Origin: Chloroflexota bacterium
GTDB lineage: Bacteria > Chloroflexota > Limnocylindria > Limnocylindrales > CSP1-4
Direction of reading: 5' to 3'
NCBI GenBank assembly: GCA_012026785.1
Contig: VEOW01000115.1
Coordinates: forward strand, 3,495-67,494
Length of the DNA stretch: 64,000 bases
Part shown: positions 58,217 to 64,000 of the stretch, in pieces
Position numbering within the stretch: position 1 is the stretch's first letter
How the letters are laid out: every line of letters begins with the position of its first letter
Translations under genes and position numbers: made by a program
Notes under the pieces: model-generated
Database searches by the model: none
What the model was told of the DNA's origin: nothing
Seen by the model: only the letters and a program-made list of their open reading frames with translations

Positions 58217-58609
58217 ATGGCCCGCCGAACGGTCGACGAGCTGCTCGAGGAGGCGCGCTCCGGTCTCCACCGGCTCCAGCCGGCAGCCGCGCTCGCGGCC
58301 ATGGAGGCCGGGGCCCTGCTCGTCGACACGCGCTGCGAGGACCTGCGCGAGGCCGATGGGGTCGTGCCCGGCTCGGTCCACGTGCCGCTGTCGGTCCTCT
58401 ACTGGCGCCTCGATCCGTCGTCCGGCCACGACGATCCGGCGCTGTCCGACCTCGACCGCCAGGTCATCCTGCTGTGCGCCCATGGCTACAGCTCCAGCCT
58501 CGCTGCGGCGACCCTGCGAGCGCTGGGCTTCGAACAGGCCACCGACGTCATCGGGGGGTTCGAGGCGTGGCGAGATGCCAACCTGCCGTTCGACGGGGGT
58601 TCGAGCTAG
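58217..58609 (+). CDS. rhodanese-domain sulfurtransferase
   Basis: Active-site loop LLCAHGYSS with the catalytic Cys. Single rhodanese domain. Confidence 0.8.
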   Translation: MARRTVDELLEEARSGLHRLQPAAALAAMEAGALLVDTRCEDLREADGVVPGSVHVPLSVLYWRLDPSSGHDDPALSDLDRQVILLCAHGYSSSLAAATLRALGFEQATDVIGGFEAWRDANLPFDGGSS

Positions 58610-58662
58610 CGGTCAGTGCCCTCGAACCGCCGTTCGCCGAGCCGTGGCACGATGGCCGGGAC

Positions 58663-59238
58663 ATGGCGCGCGCGGACCAGCCAAGGCTCGTGATCGGCCT
58701 CGGGGCCGCCGTCGTCGCCATCTCGCTCGCGGCCTGCAACGCCGCAGAACCAACGGAGACCGACATGCGTAGCCCCGAATCGACCGCGGGCGTCCAGTTC
58801 GCCCTGACCAGCCCCGAATTCCCCGAGGGCGGCGCGATCCCGAGCCGCTACACCTGCGATGGCGACGACGTCTCTCCGCCACTCGAGTGGAGCGGCGCCC
58901 CCGAGTCTGCCGCCTCGCTGGCCCTCGTCATCGACGATCCCGACGCCCGCGGCTTCGTCCACTGGGTCGTCTACAACATCGACCCCTCCGCCTCCGGAGG
59001 CCTGCCGGCCGGCTGGTCGGAGGACGCCGAGTTCCAGGGCTCCAACGACTTCGGTCGAATGGGCTACGGCGGGCCCTGTCCGCCATCAGGTGCCCATCGA
59101 TATCGCTTCCGGTTGCTGGCGCTGGACACGATGCTCGACCTGACCGGTGCCCCAACGGCCCAGCGGCTCACGGACGCCGCCGCCGGTCACGTCCTCGCCG
59201 AGGCCCAGCTCAACGCCAGCTACCGGCGCGCGCGGTGA
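58663..59238 (+). CDS. YbhB/YbcL (PEBP/RKIP-family) lipoprotein
   Basis: Lipobox AISLAAC, then PEBP motifs (LALVIDDPDA...GFVHWVVYNI, HRYRFRLLALD). Confidence 0.8.
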   Translation: MARADQPRLVIGLGAAVVAISLAACNAAEPTETDMRSPESTAGVQFALTSPEFPEGGAIPSRYTCDGDDVSPPLEWSGAPESAASLALVIDDPDARGFVHWVVYNIDPSASGGLPAGWSEDAEFQGSNDFGRMGYGGPCPPSGAHRYRFRLLALDTMLDLTGAPTAQRLTDAAAGHVLAEAQLNASYRRAR

Positions 59239-60272
59239 AGGGCGGCCACGTCCGCGAGACGCACGCTCCGGCCGGGGCGCCGTGGCGGCTGGCCGCGGCG
59301 CGACGCTGGGACGCCGGCGAGTGGCTCGACCTGGAGGTCGTGCGGCGCCGGCTCGTGTCCGCCGATCCCCGGCGAGCCCACAACTCGATCCTCTTTCGAC
59401 AGCCGCTGACGACGCTCGACGACCTGCTCGTTCGGGGGCTTCGAATCGAGGTCCTGGCCGAGCTCGTCGAGGGCTTCGAACCCCGCGGGGCGCCCGAGGA
59501 CGATGACGCGGTCCTCGACCCAGCCGACCTCGTCTTCGGCCGGCCGATCCTGCAGCCGCCGGCGTTCCGCGACTTCTATGCGTTCGAACGGCATGTCCGG
59601 ACGATGTGGGAACGCCGCGGCGGCGAGATCCCCGAGGCCTGGTACCGCCTGCCGATCTTCTACATCTCGAACACCTCGGAGCTGCGCGGGCCGGGTGAGC
59701 CGGTCTGGGCGCCGCGTGGCAGCCAGGAGCTGGACTTCGAGCTGGAGGTCGGCGCCATCGTCGACACACCCGCGGTCGACCTGGCCGAGGAGCACGCCGA
59801 GGCCGTCATCGGCGGCTACTTCGTCCTGAACGACTGGTCGGCGCGAGACCTGCAGCGCGACGAGACGACCGTCCGGCTCGGGCCAGCCAAGGGCAAGGAC
59901 TTCGCGGCCTCGATCGGGCCTTGGATCGTGACGCCCGACGAGCTCGCCGATGCCCGGGTGGAGGGCTCAACTGGCCCGGACCTCGCGATGTCCGCGTCCG
60001 TCCAGGACGCGGCCGGCAGCGTGACGGCGATCTCGCGGGGCACGTGGGCGAGCGCCCAGCACTCGTTCGGGGCGATGCTCGCCCGGGCCTCGGCCGACGT
60101 CCACCTTCGGGCCGGCGAGATCGTCGGCAGCGGCACGGTCGGCGGCGGCTGCCTGCTCGAGGTGAAGGACGAGACGCTGGGCCGGTGGCTGGCGCCGGGC
60201 GACGTCGTGCGCCTGTCGATCGAGCGCCTCGGCGTCCTCGAGAGTCCGGTCATCGAGCGCCCCGGACGCTGA
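59235..60272 (+). CDS. fumarylacetoacetate-hydrolase (FAH) family protein
   Basis: GTG overlapping the PEBP stop. FAH-fold motifs (GYFVLNDWSARDLQ, GPAKGKDF, GEIVGSGTVGGG). Confidence 0.75.
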   Translation: MKGGHVRETHAPAGAPWRLAAARRWDAGEWLDLEVVRRRLVSADPRRAHNSILFRQPLTTLDDLLVRGLRIEVLAELVEGFEPRGAPEDDDAVLDPADLVFGRPILQPPAFRDFYAFERHVRTMWERRGGEIPEAWYRLPIFYISNTSELRGPGEPVWAPRGSQELDFELEVGAIVDTPAVDLAEEHAEAVIGGYFVLNDWSARDLQRDETTVRLGPAKGKDFAASIGPWIVTPDELADARVEGSTGPDLAMSASVQDAAGSVTAISRGTWASAQHSFGAMLARASADVHLRAGEIVGSGTVGGGCLLEVKDETLGRWLAPGDVVRLSIERLGVLESPVIERPGR

Positions 60273-60336
60273 GCGGCGGCGCCCGGGCCGTCCGCGGCGC
60301 CGTGGTCCGTCGCCGCGTCCCCTTGCCCCGCCCCAG

Positions 60337-60510
60337 CCGCGTCCCCTGTCAGGTGACGGATTCGATGGGGGTTGGTCACGTTGTCCCCTGGAGGGGGACG
60401 AAACGACGGTTTCGGGCCCTCTGGAGGTCCGCAGGTGGTCGTTGTCTCCCCTCCACAGGTGACAGAGCGTCGGTGCGCCGTCGCCACTGACCCCTCTCAG
60501 GGGACACGCC
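60337..60510. repeat. four degenerate tandem imperfect palindromes (GTCCCCT...AGGGGAC type) in the tauE leader
   Basis: gtcccctgtcaggtgac, gtcccctggagggggac, tctcccctccacaggtgac and gacccctctcaggggac spaced about 42-64 nt. Flanking ggtc(ac)gttgtc(t)cccct is also repeated. Confidence 0.5.
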
Positions 60511-60637
60511 TCGCGATTGACAAGCCGGCACCATTACGCCACTATCCAGACTATTCCCACTGATTCAGTGGAAACACTTGGATAGTCGTGATCCGAGGCT
60601 CGTCCCCGCCCCGACCAAGCGCCTGGAGGATCCGTCC

Positions 60638-61579
60638 ATGCCGATGCTCATCGCGATCGCCTGTGCCGGCTTCGTCGCCCAGCTCGTGGACGGGTCGCTG
60701 GGCATGGGCTACGGCGTCACGTCGACCAGCCTGCTGCTGACGATCGGCCTGACACCGGCCCTGGCATCCGCGTCGGTCCACCTCGCCGAGATCGGGACGT
60801 CGGGCATCTCCGGCTTCTCCCACTGGCGCCTCGGGAACGTCAACGGGCGCGTTCTGCTGCTGATGGGCATCCCGGGTGGGATCGGCGCCTTCCTCGGCGC
60901 CGTGGTGCTCTCGAATCTCACGCTCGACGCGGCGCGGCCCATGGTCTCGCTGGTGCTGCTGGCCCTGGGTGGCGCGATCCTGTTTCGCTTCCTCCACGGC
61001 CGCCGGGTCGCTGCCCAGATCGCGGAGGCGACGGCGCTCGCCGACAGGGGCATCGCGCCTGCCGCCAAGCCCGAGCGACGGGCGCGCAGCTGGATGCTCG
61101 TCCCGCTCGGCCTCGTTGGCGGCTTCATGGACGCCAGCGGCGGCGGTGGCTGGGGCCCGGTTACGACCTCGACGATGCTGGCCGCCAGCCGGATGCGGCC
61201 ACGGACGATCATCGGCACGGTCAGCGGCTCGGAGTTCATCGTCTCGATCGCGGCGTCGACGGGCTTCCTGTTCGCCCTCGGTTCGGCGGGCATCGATCCC
61301 GCGATCGTCGCGATGCTGCTGCTCAGCGGCGCCGTGGCGGCGCCGCTCTCGGCGTTCCTCGTCAGCCGCTTCGACGATCGGTCGCTCGGCACCGCGGTGG
61401 GCGCCCTGATCATCTTCCTGAACGTCGACCGCGTGCTGCCGCTGTTCGGCCTCGATCCGGCGATCGGATTCGCGATCAGGCTGGGCGTCGGCGTGGCGGC
61501 GTTCGTCGTGGTCGGCGGCCTGGTGCTTCGGGCGCGGGCGAGGCGGGCGGCGGCCGGCTCGGCCGCCTCCGCCGCCTGA
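60638..61579 (+). CDS. sulfite-exporter TauE/SafE-family membrane protein
   Basis: Two TauE half-repeats of four TM helices each, with a Gly-rich MDASGGGGWGP loop. Start at MPMLIAIACAGF. Confidence 0.8.
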   Translation: MPMLIAIACAGFVAQLVDGSLGMGYGVTSTSLLLTIGLTPALASASVHLAEIGTSGISGFSHWRLGNVNGRVLLLMGIPGGIGAFLGAVVLSNLTLDAARPMVSLVLLALGGAILFRFLHGRRVAAQIAEATALADRGIAPAAKPERRARSWMLVPLGLVGGFMDASGGGGWGPVTTSTMLAASRMRPRTIIGTVSGSEFIVSIAASTGFLFALGSAGIDPAIVAMLLLSGAVAAPLSAFLVSRFDDRSLGTAVGALIIFLNVDRVLPLFGLDPAIGFAIRLGVGVAAFVVVGGLVLRARARRAAAGSAASAA

Positions 61580-61609
61580 GGCTCGGAGGCCGCCACTACA
61601 CTCGCCGGC

Positions 61610-62068
61610 GTGAGGGTTTCGGCCAGGGCCGACTACGCGATCCGGGCGCTCGTCGAGCTCGCCGCGTCCGCGGGCGAGGCACCCATCCGGGGCGAGGCCC
61701 TCGCGCGCGCCCAGGCCATCCCGGCCAAGTATCTCGAGAACCTGCTGGCGGACCTGCGTCGCGCTCGCCTCGTCGCCAGCCAGCGCGGCAGCGAGGGCGG
61801 CTATCGACTGGCCAGGCCGGCCGGCGATATCAGCCTGGCCGACGTCATCCGGGCCATCGATGGCCCCCTGGCCGGCGTTCGAGGAGAAGCGCCCGAGGAC
61901 GTCGAGTACCCCGGTGCGGCGGCGTCGCTACGGGACGTCTGGATCGCGCTGCGGGCGGGGATGCGGGCCGTGCTCGAGTCGGTCACGGTCGCCGACGTCG
62001 CCGCCGGACGCCTGCCGGCCACGGTGACGAGCCTGCTGTCGGAACCGGGGGCGTGGGCCCGCCGCTGA
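61610..62068 (+). CDS. Rrf2-family transcriptional regulator
   Basis: MRVSARADYAIRALVELA wHTH. It lacks the three-Cys Fe-S ligand set of IscR/NsrR. Confidence 0.8.
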   Translation: MRVSARADYAIRALVELAASAGEAPIRGEALARAQAIPAKYLENLLADLRRARLVASQRGSEGGYRLARPAGDISLADVIRAIDGPLAGVRGEAPEDVEYPGAAASLRDVWIALRAGMRAVLESVTVADVAAGRLPATVTSLLSEPGAWARR

Positions 62069-62093
62069 CGGCGGTCTGCGGGCGGCAGCCCGA

Positions 62094-62642
62094 CTAGTCT
62101 TCCTGCTCCGCCCGGTGCTTCTTCATCGACGCGTACTCGGGTGGGAAGGCGCGCTGGAGCCGGCGCAGCAATCCGTGGAGCTCGTCCTTCTCGTCGTCCG
62201 ACAGGGCCGATGCGATGAGCGCCTCGCGGCGGGCCTGGGCGCCGGTGCAGCGCTCCCAGGCTGCGTGGCCTTCCTCGGTCGGCTCGATCAGCGTCCCGCG
62301 CCGGTCGCTCGGGTCGGGTAGCCGACGGATGAGCCCCGCTTCCTCGAGCCGATCGAGGCGATTGGTCATCGCCCCGCTGGACAGTCGAAGCTCCTCCGCC
62401 AGTTGACCGGGGGTGCTTCGGTAGGGTGGACCCTGGTAGCGCAGGTGTCCGATCAGCCAGTAGGCCCGGCGATCGAGGCCGATCTCCGCGAGCGTCTCGT
62501 CCATCGAGCGGTCGAAGTAGTGCGCGAGGATCTGGATCCGTTCGACGATGCCCTCGGTCGGGACGTCGAGCCCGGGGATCTCGCGCTTCCAGACCTTCAG
62601 CTTCTCGTCGAGGCGATCGAGCTGCTCGACGGATGTTTTCAT
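62094..62642 (-). CDS. MarR-family transcriptional regulator
   Basis: MarR wHTH (LIGHLRYQGPPYRSTPGQLAEELRLSSGAMTNRLDRLEEAGLIRRLPDPSDRRGTLIEPT). ATG at 62642. The 357-aa track ORF is an artefact. Confidence 0.8.
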   Translation of the reverse strand: MKTSVEQLDRLDEKLKVWKREIPGLDVPTEGIVERIQILAHYFDRSMDETLAEIGLDRRAYWLIGHLRYQGPPYRSTPGQLAEELRLSSGAMTNRLDRLEEAGLIRRLPDPSDRRGTLIEPTEEGHAAWERCTGAQARREALIASALSDDEKDELHGLLRRLQRAFPPEYASMKKHRAEQED

Positions 62643-62670
62643 GCCGACATTATTCACCTCGAATATCTTT

Positions 62671-62689
62671 ATGTCAAGCCTCTTGACAT
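62671..62689. promoter_or_regulatory. perfect palindrome ATGTCAAG-cct-CTTGACAT, probable MarR operator overlapping a TTGACA-16-TAGAGT promoter
   Basis: Read directly in the AT-rich MarR-divergent intergenic region. The -35 of the plus-strand promoter is the right half-site. Confidence 0.5.
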
Positions 62690-62782
62690 CGTTCGATTCC
62701 GGTGCTAGAGTTCCCCCAGATAGTTCGAGATCAAGAGTCTTTGACTCGAATATCACAAGTATGAGGGAAAGCGAGGACAGAC

Positions 62783-63003
62783 ATGAACGGAATGGACCTG
62801 ATGCGAGTGCCCGGGCTTGGCCTGGCCGCCGCAACCCCCAACGAGCTGATGACCGAGCCGCGCACCGATCGCCACCTCTCCGACGAGGTGACGCCGAGCC
62901 CGACCTTCCAGCTCCATCGACTGCTCGAGGTGTTCCGACCGACCGCCCGCGAGACCGCCGCGCCCGTCGAGCGCCTGCCTGCCTCTCCTTCCGGCAAGGA
63001 CCT
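62783..63003 (+). CDS. small hypothetical protein (73 aa) divergent from MarR
   Basis: GAGGGAAAGCGAGGA RBS-like sequence upstream and a promoter at 62684-62711. No recognisable domain. Confidence 0.3.
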
Positions 63004-63104
63004 CGCCCGCGCCTGAGCTCTCGCTCGAGGGCCGGACATCCGGCCCGAACCCTCGCTAGCCCACGACTGGCCTCCGCCGACGCGGAGGCCAGTTCGATTC
63101 GCCC

Positions 63105-63292
63105 TCCGCCGCTCGGTTTGCACACGCTGCAACAACCGACGGTTGGACGTCCGACTGCAGGCCCCAAAGGCCTGTCGGGTGCCTCAAACCGTCATCCGTT
63201 GCGCCTGGAGCAACGACATACGGTTGGGCGGCGGTGGAGTGGGGTCGCCCCGGAGCTCAACCGTCGCTTGTTGCCTGGGACGCAAGACAAGG
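63105..63292. repeat. repeat element copy B (inverted relative to copy A): CAAC-N8-GTTG palindromes at 63130-63145, 63211-63226 and 63258-63273
   Basis: Same three-palindrome architecture and spacing (81/47 nt versus 71/46 nt in copy A). The terminal 28-33 nt are about 80-97% identical to the reverse complement of copy A ends. Confidence 0.6.
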
Positions 63293-64000
63293 CGGTGCTC
63301 ATCCCCCGTGTGTACGAGACGGACAACCTCGGACATCGAAGCCATCGCAGCGGCACCGGTCAGCCCGCTCCCTGGCCGGACGTCGCACCGGATCTCATCG
63401 AACCCGAGTTCCCCATAAGCCAGCAGGCGTGCCGCGAGCGCCGCGACCTCGTCGGACCCGACCGGCGCCGTGAACGAGAACAGGTCGACGGATCGCCGGA
63501 GCGTGGCCGGGTCGCGACCGATCTCCTGGCAGGCTGCATCGACCTCACGCGTCAGCGCCTCGAGCCGCTCCCGGCCGCCTTCGGCGTCCGATTCGACCCA
63601 CCAGTTCCATTCGTCGGCGTACCGTGCTGCCAGCCGAATGGCCTTCGGCTTGCCCGCGGCGATGACGATCGGGATACCGGAAGGCCGAGGGCCGCGCAGC
63701 ACGAGCTCCGCGTCGGGCACGCGGTAGTACTCGCCATCCAGGGATGCCCGCCCCTCCCGCAGCAGGCCGTGGATCACGGCGATCGCCTCCGCGAAGCGGG
63801 AATAGCGGTGGTCGGCGTCGATGCCGAACGGGGGATAGTCGTCCGGCGTATTGCCGAGTCCGATGCCGAGGCGGTATCGGCCGCCCGAGATCTCGTCCAG
63901 GGTGACGGCAGAGCGCGCGACGAGGGTCGGATGGCGGTACGGGTTGTTGATCACGGCGTGGCCGATGCCGATCGTCGTTGTCGAGGCGGCGATCGCGGCG
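63184..64000 (-). CDS. luciferase-like (LLM-class, flavin/F420-dependent) oxidoreductase, 5' end beyond window
   Basis: TIM-barrel LLM motifs (GRYRLGIGLG, IPIVIAAGKP). The ORF has no start inside the window. The C-terminal about 35 codons overlap repeat copy B. Confidence 0.65.
   Translation of the reverse strand, partial: AAIAASTTTIGIGHAVINNPYRHPTLVARSAVTLDEISGGRYRLGIGLGNTPDDYPPFGIDADHRYSRFAEAIAVIHGLLREGRASLDGEYYRVPDAELVLRGPRPSGIPIVIAAGKPKAIRLAARYADEWNWWVESDAEGGRERLEALTREVDAACQEIGRDPATLRRSVDLFSFTAPVGSDEVAALAARLLAYGELGFDEIRCDVRPGSGLTGAAAMASMSEVVRLVHTGDEHRLVLRPRQQATVELRGDPTPPPPNRMSLLQAQRMTV

Noticed and set aside
59816-60487. 223-aa minus-strand ORF
   Set aside because: Antisense to the FAH-family gene and extends into the tauE leader. 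No motifs.
60337-60510. Possible CRISPR array in the tauE leader
   Set aside because: The repeats are imperfect palindromes of differing sequence with irregular 42-64-nt spacing. No cas genes. Inconsistent with CRISPR.
62094-63167. 357-aa minus-strand ORF
   Set aside because: Only the 3' 182 codons form the MarR regulator. The upstream portion crosses the AT-rich promoter region and the small plus-strand ORF.

Overview
High-GC (about 72%) bacterial chromosomal segment, probably from an actinobacterium or a Chloroflexi-type monoderm, dense with housekeeping and catabolic genes and lacking any integrase, transposase or CRISPR array. Called features, in order:
- a partial AAA-family ATPase;
- tRNA-Lys(UUU);
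- a folE / RibD-C-like reductase / FAD-reductase group;
- a lysine-biosynthesis operon dapB-dapA-dapD-lysA preceded by a long structured leader;
- a non-pyrrolysine MttB-family methyltransferase;
- a VapBC toxin-antitoxin pair;
- a peptide-utilisation locus (Dpp/Opp-type ABC transporter, sarcosine-oxidase-like flavoenzyme, CocE/NonD hydrolase, S9 peptidase);
- a GNAT acetyltransferase;
- a GAF histidine kinase / OmpR-type regulator pair divergent from a single large glutamate synthase gene;
- PEP carboxylase;
- initiator tRNA-fMet with a textbook promoter and terminator;
- a Tat-secreted phosphotriesterase-family hydrolase;
- an aa3-type cytochrome oxidase operon (ctaC-ctaD-ctaE-ctaF) followed by a membrane cupredoxin protein, TlpA, a frameshifted ABC ATPase and an ABC-2 permease, with a divergent CtaG-like assembly factor;
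- a threonine-dehydratase-like enzyme and a DksA/TraR regulator;
- a PotABCD-like polyamine transporter;
- 7Fe ferredoxin, proC and proline dehydrogenase;
- a DinB-like protein, hppD and a FAH-family hydrolase, interrupted by a RelE/RHH toxin-antitoxin pair and an ECF sigma / anti-sigma pair;
- rhodanese, PEBP lipoprotein, TauE/SafE exporter, Rrf2 and MarR regulators;
- a partial luciferase-like oxidoreductase.
The most unusual observations are:
- cytochrome oxidase subunit II carries a C-terminal blue-copper (cupredoxin) domain, and a paralogous cupredoxin is fused to a separate polytopic membrane protein in the same operon;
- a roughly 170-bp element containing three CAAC-N8-GTTG palindromes occurs twice, in inverted orientation, at 53.9 kb and 63.2 kb;
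- the dapB leader has a terminator / anti-Shine-Dalgarno architecture typical of a riboswitch;
- the TauE leader is packed with degenerate tandem palindromes.
Many long ORFs in the supplied track are antisense artefacts of high GC and were not called.
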